The notes below the pieces were generated by a model. It searched no databases. It had not been told where the DNA came from and was given only the letters and a program-made list of their open reading frames with translations. From NCBI GenBank assembly GCA_018303125.1, contig JAGVYS010000004.1, forward strand, positions 1 through 55,448: a stretch of 55,448 bases of DNA. The letters run 5' to 3'. Both the position numbers and the translations under genes were made by a program. The first letter of the stretch is position 1. The number at the start of each line of letters is the position of its first letter. Positions 19,282 to 27,945 of this stretch are shown here, piece by piece. This stretch comes from Candidatus Woesearchaeota archaeon (lineage in GTDB: Archaea; Nanobdellota; Nanobdellia; Woesearchaeales; WJIZ01).

Positions 19282-19860
19282 ATGAAGAAGATACTGATAG
19301 TACAAGGAAACACAAAAACAACAAGCTTTTGTTCTGCCATCGCTGATGAGTATGAAAAAGGGGCATCAGGCTCAGGTTTTGAAACAAGAAGGATAGATAT
19401 AGGCAAGCTCAAATTTGACCCTATTCTTTTGGAGGGATATTCCAAAAGGCAGGAGCTTGAAGAGGACCTAATAAAAGCCCAGGAAGATATCAGATGGTGC
19501 ACGCATCTTGTGCTTATATATCCGACATGGTGGGGGTACATGCCTGCTGCGTTGAAAGGATTTTTTGACAGAGCGCTTTTGCCTGGATTTGGCTTCAAAT
19601 ACAGGAAAAACTCAATTCTCTGGGACAAGCTCCTTAAGGGGAGGTCAGCAAGGATAATAACAACAACAGGCGGCCCAAAATGGTACTATGATTTTGTTCT
19701 TTTTGGTGGTGGTGCAAGGGTTGCAAAGAAAATTGTCCTTGAATTTTGCGGTTTCACGCCAGTAAAGGTCACACAAATTCCCTCAGCAGAAAGAATGTCT
19801 GGAAGAAAAAGAAGCAGATGGCTTGAAAAGGTCAAAAAAAATGGGATGAAAGGCAATTAA
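19282..19860 (+). CDS. NAD(P)H:quinone oxidoreductase, flavodoxin-like (MdaB/KefF family)
   Basis: IYPTWWGYMPAALKGFFDR, PGFGF, LLKGRSARIITTTGG. Confidence 0.88.
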   Translation: MKKILIVQGNTKTTSFCSAIADEYEKGASGSGFETRRIDIGKLKFDPILLEGYSKRQELEEDLIKAQEDIRWCTHLVLIYPTWWGYMPAALKGFFDRALLPGFGFKYRKNSILWDKLLKGRSARIITTTGGPKWYYDFVLFGGGARVAKKIVLEFCGFTPVKVTQIPSAERMSGRKRSRWLEKVKKNGMKGN

Positions 19861-19861
19861 C

Positions 19862-20284
19862 CTATTTCTTCTTCTTTTTGCGCCCTCTTTTCTTTGGGGC
19901 AGGCTTAGGCTCTTTCGAGCTTTTTTGGGCAATTTCAGAATGTGCAACTGCCTGCTCTGCGCCTATCTGTACAAATGAAATGGCAAATGCTGATATGGCA
20001 GAGATAATTGAAAGGAAAAGCACAAGGCTGGACCTTCCTACATAATAGAATGCAGCCAAATTGATAAGCATTGCGATGGAAATAAGCGATGCTAGCACAT
20101 AGCCTGCATCTGCACTATTGTATATCAAAAGGATTGCAATAACCCCTAAAAATAATAGTCCAAGCAGAAAAATGAATTCTATGTAGAATTTTATTCCTGA
20201 AATGCTGAAAACATGCAATATGAGCCCCATGAATGAAACAAACATGAGAAGCAATATGGTGATGAAATTCATTCTTTTCTTCAT
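19862..20284 (-). CDS. Membrane protein with basic C-terminal tail
   Basis: Four hydrophobic segments followed by PKPAPKKRGRKKKK. Confidence 0.7.
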   Translation of the reverse strand: MKKRMNFITILLLMFVSFMGLILHVFSISGIKFYIEFIFLLGLLFLGVIAILLIYNSADAGYVLASLISIAMLINLAAFYYVGRSSLVLFLSIISAISAFAISFVQIGAEQAVAHSEIAQKSSKEPKPAPKKRGRKKKKK

Positions 20285-20381
20285 CCCCTCCGCTGAATCA
20301 TTATTCTATATAAATATTTCTATTTTAGAGTAGTTAAAAAAACAGCGAAATAATTAAGAAGATGTGATAAGGCTAGAGGTT

Positions 20382-20858
20382 ATGGGAAAAAATGTGAGCA
20401 GGGACACGCCGTTGGCAGAAGTTACCTTGAGAAAGTACGAGAGGCCCGGCAGCCTTGCAGACAGGGAACTCGCAAGGAAGCTCTGCCTTTCTCTCGGTTT
20501 GCTGCATCCGGGCGATTCGAGGGACGTTATAGTAGACATACTTCTTCAGCTGCTGGTTTCAGAAACTCCATTAAACATCGCAGAGCTTGAGAAGCAGGTA
20601 ATTCTTTCAAGGAAAAAAGAGGGCATGGCAGCCAATGGCACAGCATCCTCAAACATAAGGAGGCAGGTAAGGAGGCTTAAGGGCATGTTCATAGTGGAAA
20701 AATCAGGAAAGGGCTATAAGGTTTCTGACAATATGTGCGACATTCTTGATAACATGATATCCAAGCATTACGTTGCAGCTATAATGGAAAGAGTCAAGGA
20801 ATACTGTGGAGAAATGGACAAGAGATTCAACAAAATTTATAAGGATAAGATACAATGA
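20382..20858 (+). CDS. Hypothetical protein, possible winged-helix DNA-binding fold
   Basis: GAGGT SD before ATG 20382 (track start 20364). LNIAELEKQV...ASSNIRRQVRRLKGMFIVEKSG resembles a wHTH. Confidence 0.55.
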   Translation: MGKNVSRDTPLAEVTLRKYERPGSLADRELARKLCLSLGLLHPGDSRDVIVDILLQLLVSETPLNIAELEKQVILSRKKEGMAANGTASSNIRRQVRRLKGMFIVEKSGKGYKVSDNMCDILDNMISKHYVAAIMERVKEYCGEMDKRFNKIYKDKIQ

Positions 20859-21761
20859 GTGACAGGCATGAAAAAAGCCGTCATTTTGCTTTGCATTGTG
20901 TTTGCCTTGATAGCAGCGTTTTTCTTCTTTAATCCGCTTAACGTAGGAAAGGCCGGTTATTTTTTTGTGACCCTGAAGCATGACTCTTCGAACTATCTCA
21001 ACTCCAATAAGGAGGTATGTAATGATGAGAAAATGCTTGATGAGGACAAGGATGGGCTGGCAAATTGCATTGACCCTGACTGCGAGAAGCATGCTTCCTG
21101 CATAAGCATCGAGGACACCTATGCACTTTGCAGGGATGGTGTTGACAATAACAAGAACCGCCTAATAGATTGTGAGGATACAGGCTGTGGTGTTTTCGCG
21201 CACTGTGATTCTTATCTTTCTTCCGAAAAAGAGTCATGCGAACTCCTTGAAGACAGTAACAATGATGGACTTTCTGGCTGCTCTGACCCAAATTGCATTA
21301 ACACAGAGTATTGCAGGCAATCCCTTACAGGGAGCAGCTGCAATGCAGAGGGTGCAATAAAATACTCACACTTGCTTTACTGCTGTAATGGGAAAATAAC
21401 AGACGTTTCAGGTGATGACTTCAACTGCGGCTCATGCGGAAACAGCTGCAATGGTGAACCATACGACCATTATGCAGAAAGAACATATCAGGTATGCTAT
21501 GCAAGGCAATGTATTTACACTGACCAGATTAAAGGGGATAAAAGCATCCCTCTATCAGAATATTACGCCATCAGAGCGCAGATTAGGAGAATTTCTGATG
21601 ATGAAGGTGAAGCAGGGCAGCTCGTTGTGGGTAAACTGAATAGGCTCCTTGGCTTGCCAAAAAACACAATGATGTATGAGAAAGAGAAGCTAAAAGACCC
21701 ATTAGGTAACGACCCTGAAAGGGACATGACATTGCACAAGATACTTCTTCGAATTAACTGA
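20859..21761 (+). CDS. Membrane-anchored Cys/Asp-rich repeat surface protein
   Basis: N-terminal TM helix; three C-x(5-8)-D-x-D/N-x-D/N-G-L-x-x-C-x-D-x-x-C-like repeats; DDFNCGSCGNSC motif. Confidence 0.7.
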   Translation: MTGMKKAVILLCIVFALIAAFFFFNPLNVGKAGYFFVTLKHDSSNYLNSNKEVCNDEKMLDEDKDGLANCIDPDCEKHASCISIEDTYALCRDGVDNNKNRLIDCEDTGCGVFAHCDSYLSSEKESCELLEDSNNDGLSGCSDPNCINTEYCRQSLTGSSCNAEGAIKYSHLLYCCNGKITDVSGDDFNCGSCGNSCNGEPYDHYAERTYQVCYARQCIYTDQIKGDKSIPLSEYYAIRAQIRRISDDEGEAGQLVVGKLNRLLGLPKNTMMYEKEKLKDPLGNDPERDMTLHKILLRIN

Positions 21762-21904
21762 CATCTGAACAAGCGTATAAAGGTTAGTTCATGCGTATTT
21801 ACAGGATAAACGAATTATTTTCAACATAAAAAAGTTTATATACTAGATATGCTATAAAAAGTAGAAATTATTCGTCACCCGTCGATAGGGTTCAAGAGGC
21901 GAAA

Positions 21905-22228
21905 TTGTATAGAAGTGATAACCTAGAAGGGCAAGTTGGCGCTTATTATTCGGCTTCTGAGCAAAGCGTATGCCCAAATTGTGTATGCAATCCGTGTTGC
22001 TGTGAATTTTTGTATTATCAGTCAGAGGAAAGTACTGAACCCGTTATGGAGAATGAGGCAAATTCAGATATAGTTGATGAGCTATTTTCTCCAGAAAGAT
22101 ATGGTTTTACAGGCTTTGACTGGGATGGCCTTGATCCTGAAGACAAGGTACAGCAGTCAGCATACATGGTTAGGGGCTTACCTGAATGGATAGTGCCCTA
22201 TCTGGTAAAACGAGACTGGAACTTCTGA
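21905..22228 (+). CDS. Small acidic hypothetical protein with a Cys cluster
   Basis: GAGG SD then TTG start; CPNCVCNPCCC motif. Confidence 0.5.
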   Translation: MYRSDNLEGQVGAYYSASEQSVCPNCVCNPCCCEFLYYQSEESTEPVMENEANSDIVDELFSPERYGFTGFDWDGLDPEDKVQQSAYMVRGLPEWIVPYLVKRDWNF

Positions 22229-22373
22229 TTTGAATCAGGTGAAGGCATAGAAAAGATTGTTTCTAAAGCCAAATACATACTAAAATATAGCTATTATTTA
22301 CCATATTGAAACTAATTGAAAACCGAAACATTTATATACTTCAATATACAAAAGACTATACTAGTAGGTAAAT

Positions 22374-22613
22374 ATGAAAAAAGAGTTTGATGCCTTCAAG
22401 ACAGAGATGGATGGTTGGGTAAAAGACATAAACGGCACTATACAAGATTACAGGGGTATGCCAAGGATTATAGAAGAAAGCATCCAGAACATCGACCATA
22501 ATTATGAGCTGATAAGGGAGCTTAGTTCTGAAATCAGAAGCCTGAAAGAAGAGATTTCTGCAATAAAGGCAATCCAGATTTTTTCACTTAGGTCACAGGA
22601 AAGAAGGGTCTGA
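22374..22613 (+). CDS. Small coiled-coil protein
   Basis: 79 aa; TGA overlaps the ATG of the next gene; TATA-like TTTATATA upstream. Confidence 0.7.
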   Translation: MKKEFDAFKTEMDGWVKDINGTIQDYRGMPRIIEESIQNIDHNYELIRELSSEIRSLKEEISAIKAIQIFSLRSQERRV

Positions 22614-23974
22614 TGGCACTCATAGAGTCCCTGTCTGGAATAAGGGGAGTGTATGGAAAGGACTTAGATGACAGTGTTGCCACAAGGTACGGCTATGCAT
22701 ATGCGGAATTTCTCAGAAAACGCGGAAAGAAAATTAAAGTAGTCATAGGCAGGGACACAAGGGAGTCTGGAGAAATGTTAAGGTCTTCTATAATTGACGG
22801 CCTTTGCTGTGACATCATAGATGTGGGCATCTCTCCCACGCCTTGCATAAGCAACGCTGTGAGGGAGTACAAGGCAGATGGAGGAGTAATTATAACTGCA
22901 TCCCATAACGAGCCAGAATTCAATGGCTTCAAGTTTCTTGAGAGAGACGGCTCATTATTAGGTCCTGAGGATGTTGCAGGCCTGATAGAAAAGTACCATT
23001 CACTTGCAGGCATGGACGAAGAGGAATTTCTTACAAATCTATATAGCGGAAGCCGTGAGGTTAGGAACATAGCCAAAATGGACTCAATAGACCCCTATAG
23101 GAAAGCTATAAGGAAGCATATTGGAAGGAGCAGGACAAAAATAGTCATAGACCCGAATGGCGGAGCAGGTATTAGGTGCATAGAAATCCTAAACAGCATA
23201 AATGCAAGATACATCAATACACAGCCTGGAAAATTCTCAAGGAAAGTAGAACCTGGAAAAGAATCTTTGTCATATCTCCAAGCAGAAATAAAAAAGCACA
23301 AGGCAGAATTCGCCGTTGGCTTTGACTGCGATGCTGACAGGATAGAGATACTCATGAAGGATGGGAATCTTATATCAGGCAACCAGATACTTGCCCTTAT
23401 AGTGGACGGCATACTTTCAGAAACAAAGAATCCTGAGCTATGCACTGTTGTTGCAAACACAGCAACAAGCTATGTTGTCAAGGAGCTAGTTGAGATGCAC
23501 AATGCAAGATGGAAAGAGGTTGATGTTGGAGAGATAAACATAGTGAAAGCAATGCTTGACTTCAATTCCCCTGTTGGAGGGGAAGGAAGCAGCGGCGGCG
23601 TAATCATACCACCTTCAAGGTGCAGGGACGGCATTCTCGCACTTTCCTATCTGCTGGGCATGATTGAAAAAAAAAGCAAGAGCCTTGCAGAAATGGTATC
23701 GGCACTTCCGGAATATTACTATATCAAGGAAAAGGTAAAGTTAAGAAAGAGTTTTTCCATAGATAAAGTTAAAGGATATTTTCTTAAAAACGGCTATCTT
23801 TTGGAAGAGGCAGGACAGGAAGGAAGCATAAAGGCAGTAAAGGGCAATTCCTGGCTTCTCCTTAGGCAATCAAGGACAGAGAGCGAAATACTGAGGATTA
23901 TAGCAGACTCAAAGGACTCCCTTGAGGCAAAAGCCCTGATTAAGCTTGGAAAGAAGCTTGTTTCAGGAATCTAG
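22613..23974 (+). CDS. Phosphohexomutase (PMM/PGM family)
   Basis: SGIRG, GRDTRESG, ITASHN (phospho-Ser), FDCDADR, GGEGSSGG, RQSRTE. Confidence 0.92.
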   Translation: MALIESLSGIRGVYGKDLDDSVATRYGYAYAEFLRKRGKKIKVVIGRDTRESGEMLRSSIIDGLCCDIIDVGISPTPCISNAVREYKADGGVIITASHNEPEFNGFKFLERDGSLLGPEDVAGLIEKYHSLAGMDEEEFLTNLYSGSREVRNIAKMDSIDPYRKAIRKHIGRSRTKIVIDPNGGAGIRCIEILNSINARYINTQPGKFSRKVEPGKESLSYLQAEIKKHKAEFAVGFDCDADRIEILMKDGNLISGNQILALIVDGILSETKNPELCTVVANTATSYVVKELVEMHNARWKEVDVGEINIVKAMLDFNSPVGGEGSSGGVIIPPSRCRDGILALSYLLGMIEKKSKSLAEMVSALPEYYYIKEKVKLRKSFSIDKVKGYFLKNGYLLEEAGQEGSIKAVKGNSWLLLRQSRTESEILRIIADSKDSLEAKALIKLGKKLVSGI

Positions 23975-24041
23975 CTGAGAAAAGCCCATAAGATTTATAT
24001 AGCAGGAAATCAAATTCAGCATGGGGGGTAGATTGGAAGAT

Positions 24042-24173
24042 ATGCCTGATGTAAAGTCTTTGCAAGATGTTGAAGCAGAAGGGGCTAAGAAGTGTCCGGA
24101 ATGCGGTTCAACAGAACTTGCAAAAAGGGATGACGAGATATTTTGCAAGAAATGCGGTTTGGTCCTTGAGTAA
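24042..24173 (+). CDS. Stand-alone TFIIB-type zinc-ribbon microprotein (43 aa; not in ORF track)
   Basis: Manual translation MPDVKSLQDVEAEGAKKCPECGSTELAKRDDEIFCKKCGLVLE*; ends 2 bp before the next ATG. Confidence 0.8.
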   Translation: MPDVKSLQDVEAEGAKKCPECGSTELAKRDDEIFCKKCGLVLE

Positions 24174-24175
24174 GC

Positions 24176-25381
24176 ATGGAAATCCACATAAGTTCATTCT
24201 CAAACATATCAGAATATGAAATCATGTGCGCAATGCTGGCAGAAGCCGGCTTTAGCATTGCAAAAAGGCCTGAAGAAGCAGACATAGTTCTCATTAACAT
24301 AGGCAATTCTGACTGCATTGACGCTATAAAGGCCTCAATTAGCAATTTTCCTGGTAAAAAGCATGTAATTGCCGGCTGTATGACAAGCAAAAAAATCAGG
24401 GAGATAAGGAAGATAACTGAGGAAGCTTCCATTATTGATACTGACAACCTAGCTGAGATAGTGCAAGTTGTTGAAGAAACAATGCATGGCAACACTTTAG
24501 AGTGCTTAACATTCAACAGCAGGAAAAGAATACTCCTTCCCAAAGTAAGGAAAGAGGGAATAGGCAGGCTGCCAGTTATGTCAGGCTGCAGCGAGCCATG
24601 CAGGGAATGCACATTCAGGCTCGAGAAAGGCCTCCTTTCATCATACAGCAAGGAAGATATAATCAGGGAAGCCAAATCATGCCTAAAAGACCGCTGCAAC
24701 CAAATATATCTTACTGGACAGGACATTTCTGCCTTCGGCAGGGAAGAGATATGGAGATCTCCTTTGCCAGAGCTTGTGAATGATATACTTGGCCTGGGTG
24801 AAGGATTCAGGCTTCTGCTTGGCAGGGTAACTGCACAGAACATAAGAAGCATAGAAGATGAGATTATTGCACTATACTCTAATCCAAGGGTGTATAAATG
24901 CGTAAATATGCCGATGTATTCAGGAAGCAGCAATGTGCTTTCAATGATGAGGCGGCCAGATTATTCTGAAACAATGGTTAAATTCCTCAGGAAGCTCAGG
25001 CAAACCATACCTCAAGTATACTTCATAAGCGAAGCGATAGTTGGCTTCCCTGGTGAAACAGAAGATGATTTCCATGCCACTATGGATTTGGTGAAGAATG
25101 TAATGCCTGACAGCCTTGTCATTCATGAATTCAGCAATGAATGTGGCAATAGGGCAAAAATCCTGGACAGCCTCCAGAGGAATATCTCGGTCATTAATCT
25201 TGAAAAATACGTCTTTTCAACAATGGATGTTTTCATTGAGTCAGGCTCCGGAGAGAGCTTTGTTGCAAGGGACAATTCTTATAGGAAGGTGCTTGTCAGC
25301 GGAAAATGCAAGCTAGGAGAGAAAGCTTCTGTAAATATCACCTCAGCATTCCCAGGTTTCCTGAAAGCAGAGCTTGCCTGA
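24176..25381 (+). CDS. MiaB/MtaB-like radical SAM methylthiotransferase paralog (degenerate)
   Basis: UPF0004-like N-terminus, CSEPCREC (CxxxCxxC), LTGQDISAFG, GSSNVLSMMRR, IVGFPGETEDDF, TRAM-like C-terminus. Confidence 0.8.
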   Translation: MEIHISSFSNISEYEIMCAMLAEAGFSIAKRPEEADIVLINIGNSDCIDAIKASISNFPGKKHVIAGCMTSKKIREIRKITEEASIIDTDNLAEIVQVVEETMHGNTLECLTFNSRKRILLPKVRKEGIGRLPVMSGCSEPCRECTFRLEKGLLSSYSKEDIIREAKSCLKDRCNQIYLTGQDISAFGREEIWRSPLPELVNDILGLGEGFRLLLGRVTAQNIRSIEDEIIALYSNPRVYKCVNMPMYSGSSNVLSMMRRPDYSETMVKFLRKLRQTIPQVYFISEAIVGFPGETEDDFHATMDLVKNVMPDSLVIHEFSNECGNRAKILDSLQRNISVINLEKYVFSTMDVFIESGSGESFVARDNSYRKVLVSGKCKLGEKASVNITSAFPGFLKAELA

Positions 25382-25424
25382 CAACTATCCATAAATGATA
25401 CATTTTAATAGTATGGGATTGTAA

Positions 25425-26015
25425 ATGTGTAAAATGAAGAAAGCAATAATTTTTACATTCCTTCTTGCACTTTCAATAGCTACTATGATTTTTATTAGTG
25501 GTTGTAGCCAGGGAGCATCGATAAAGGACAATGTATCTGGCCAGCTAACTGAAACTGCAGGATTAACGTCTTACGAAAATAAGGCTTATGGAATAAAAAT
25601 CAATTATCCCTCAGATTGGGCAAGGAATGAGGGCTCTATGGGAACTGTCGCAATGTTCTTGTCTCCTTTGGAAAGCTCTTCAGATACTTTCCGGGAAAAC
25701 GTCAATATAATTGTTCAGGACTTGTCAGCACAGCCAATGACCCTTAAAGAGTATACAGATTTGTCTCTGGCCCAGATTGGGGAGTTTGTAACAGATTCAA
25801 ATGTTATTTCTTCAACTGCAACAGTTATTGATGGGAATCCTGCCAATAGCATAATTTATACCGGAAGGCAAGGTCAATATATCTTTAAGTGGATGCAGGC
25901 TTGGGCAATCAAGGACAATAAAGCATACGTTTTGACATACACTGCAAATGAAGATACTTACAATGCCTTCCTGAGCATGGTTCAGGAAATGTTAGGCTCT
26001 TTTGAAATTATTTGA
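25425..26015 (+). CDS. PsbP/DcrB-like lipoprotein
   Basis: Lipobox-like ISGC after a signal peptide; YENKAYGIKINYPSDW, ENVNIIV, IDGNPA, KAYVLTYTA. Confidence 0.75.
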   Translation: MCKMKKAIIFTFLLALSIATMIFISGCSQGASIKDNVSGQLTETAGLTSYENKAYGIKINYPSDWARNEGSMGTVAMFLSPLESSSDTFRENVNIIVQDLSAQPMTLKEYTDLSLAQIGEFVTDSNVISSTATVIDGNPANSIIYTGRQGQYIFKWMQAWAIKDNKAYVLTYTANEDTYNAFLSMVQEMLGSFEII

Positions 26016-26088
26016 TTCTTGGCTGGCAATATAGCAAAGTTTATATATTGAAGCGAGCAGGTATGTTAAATTAAAAGAGGCTGATAAA

Positions 26089-26586
26089 ATGGATGAAAGG
26101 ATAACACCTTATTCTGATATTGCCGATTCAAAAAAGCAGGTAAATAAAATCCAGGCTAACCCTAATCCGAGTTCTGACCAGCTTATCATGACTGTACAAC
26201 ATCTCACAAGAAGCATGGGCAGCATGCTTGAGCTTTTCAGGACTGCTGCTGAGGAAATGAAGCTTGAAGAGAAGGAAGAGCATGCTGTAGCACAGCAAAT
26301 CACGCCACTTCTTAGGAAGCTTGATGAAATGATGGAGCAGAACAAGGTTATAGCTGAGGGAATGGTAGCACTTGCCGACCTTGTAAAGGAAAGAATACCT
26401 TCTCCTGGAATGGAAATGCCCAGGCCAAAAGCAAATTCTCCTTTCGACACTCCACCTTTCCCAAAGCCTGCTATGCCTCCGATTCCACAGCAGCCGTTCT
26501 TCCAGCCTCCCCCACAGATGCAGTTCCAACCTGCTGCTCCTCCGCCGGCTGAGCCAGCCAAGAAGAAAGGCCTATTCCGCAGATGA
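26089..26586 (+). CDS. Hypothetical protein, helical core with Pro/Gln-rich tail
   Basis: GAGG SD upstream; tail PPFPKPAMPPIPQQPFFQPPP...KKKGLFRR. Confidence 0.7.
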   Translation: MDERITPYSDIADSKKQVNKIQANPNPSSDQLIMTVQHLTRSMGSMLELFRTAAEEMKLEEKEEHAVAQQITPLLRKLDEMMEQNKVIAEGMVALADLVKERIPSPGMEMPRPKANSPFDTPPFPKPAMPPIPQQPFFQPPPQMQFQPAAPPPAEPAKKKGLFRR

Positions 26587-27167
26587 TGAATTCAGGCATA
26601 GGAAGTTACCAGATGAAGAGATTTCTCAAGCACCTTTGCGTAGTTTCCAAAAGGTATTACGAGCGTGAGCAGGCAAGGAAGAAGTTTGATGTCCAGCTGA
26701 AGAAGGTAACCAAGTCACCAAATATTGATTCTGAGCTTGCTTTGCTCAACAGGAAAGTATCTTTGCTCCTTGATGCCGAGGCAAAAGTTGCTTCCCTTGG
26801 CAAGGATAAGGGCACTCCTGCTGCAGTAAAGCGCAGGCTGAAAATAATGGAAGAGAAGCTTTCATGGACAGAATCTGAGAGGGATTTGCTTGCAAGGCAG
26901 AACGAAAGCCTGATGAATGCCCTTACATCAGCATGGAAAATGTCTGAGGGATCAAGCGATGAAAGCATAGAGGAAAAGCTGGAAGAGCTAAAGTTAAGCT
27001 CTGAAAAGGACCATAAAGAGTTTGTTATAAAGGACATGAAAGGAAAAATAAGGCTTCTTGAAGACAGCTATCAGGAAATAAGGAAGGACAAATCAGTAAG
27101 CAAAGACAGGCTTGCTGCGATAAAGAACAAGCTTGAATCATACAAGGAAACGCTCGAAAACTTATAA
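26583..27167 (+). CDS. Hypothetical coiled-coil protein
   Basis: ATGA overlap with the upstream gene; K/E-rich helices. Confidence 0.7.
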   Translation: MMNSGIGSYQMKRFLKHLCVVSKRYYEREQARKKFDVQLKKVTKSPNIDSELALLNRKVSLLLDAEAKVASLGKDKGTPAAVKRRLKIMEEKLSWTESERDLLARQNESLMNALTSAWKMSEGSSDESIEEKLEELKLSSEKDHKEFVIKDMKGKIRLLEDSYQEIRKDKSVSKDRLAAIKNKLESYKETLENL

Positions 27168-27344
27168 GTCCTTGGGCATGACTGTTGTCCTGCCGTTAAG
27201 CACTGCCCTTTTGCATGCCTCTGCAATTATACCTTCAACTTTCTTTGTAAGCTCAGCTGAAAGGTCTGAGGCAACATTGAGCTGCTTTCCCTCATGCTTT
27301 GCCAGTTCCTTTACCCTTGAAACAACGATAAGTGTTTTTGCCAT
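27162..27344 (-). CDS. Histone-fold protein with truncated alpha-3 helix
   Basis: IVVSRVKELAK, L1 NVASD, long alpha-2 ending ACKRAVLNG, and L2 RTTVMPKDL with the R...D clamp. Confidence 0.8.
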   Translation of the reverse strand: MAKTLIVVSRVKELAKHEGKQLNVASDLSAELTKKVEGIIAEACKRAVLNGRTTVMPKDL

Positions 27345-27466
27345 AAATCCACTCTATAAGGCCTGGCATTTAAAAATTTATGGTATGTGCCATCTGTTTT
27401 GAATGTGAATTATACAGCAATCACTTTAATTTGGCAAAAAGTATTTAAGCCATTAATCTGATTGAT

Positions 27467-27871
27467 TTGCATATGGATTGGAATAAATTTTTCAAACCGG
27501 ATATACCTAAAATTGCAATATTTGTGCTCTTAGTTTTGATATTCGGCGTGCCGGCAACATCTAGAGATTGCCAGACATATGTTAAAACATCAACACCCCC
27601 TCCATGCATAGAAAAATTTACTTTCTCGAATGTTATTATTGATGCATTAGGCCTTACAAGATATCCTTATGTATTGGATGCTGCCACTTATTTTTCATAT
27701 AATCCATCCGTAGTCATATTTTATCTCACTGGATTATATGTTAGTTTATCTTCAATTTTCCATATTGCAGATTATAATTGGAAAAAAGCCTCACTTTATA
27801 CTGTAACAGCCATATTACTGACACTCTTGATTACCATTCTATTTTCTGTAATGAAGAATAGAGCATTTTAA
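27467..27871 (+). CDS. Small membrane protein
   Basis: Three hydrophobic segments; AT-rich codon usage. Confidence 0.6.
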   Translation: MHMDWNKFFKPDIPKIAIFVLLVLIFGVPATSRDCQTYVKTSTPPPCIEKFTFSNVIIDALGLTRYPYVLDAATYFSYNPSVVIFYLTGLYVSLSSIFHIADYNWKKASLYTVTAILLTLLITILFSVMKNRAF

Positions 27872-27945
27872 ATCTATATTACGGTAGGTATAGGATAGAA
27901 TTAAAGTCTATTCACTTTTGAAAACATTTTTTGTTTCTCTTGTTT

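Noticed and set aside
24085-24933. 282-aa minus-strand ORF
   Set aside because: Antisense shadow of the MTTase-like gene with no motif. The same applies to most short nested ORFs in the track (for example 12635-13174, 14816-15070, 26109-26561, 43186-43641).
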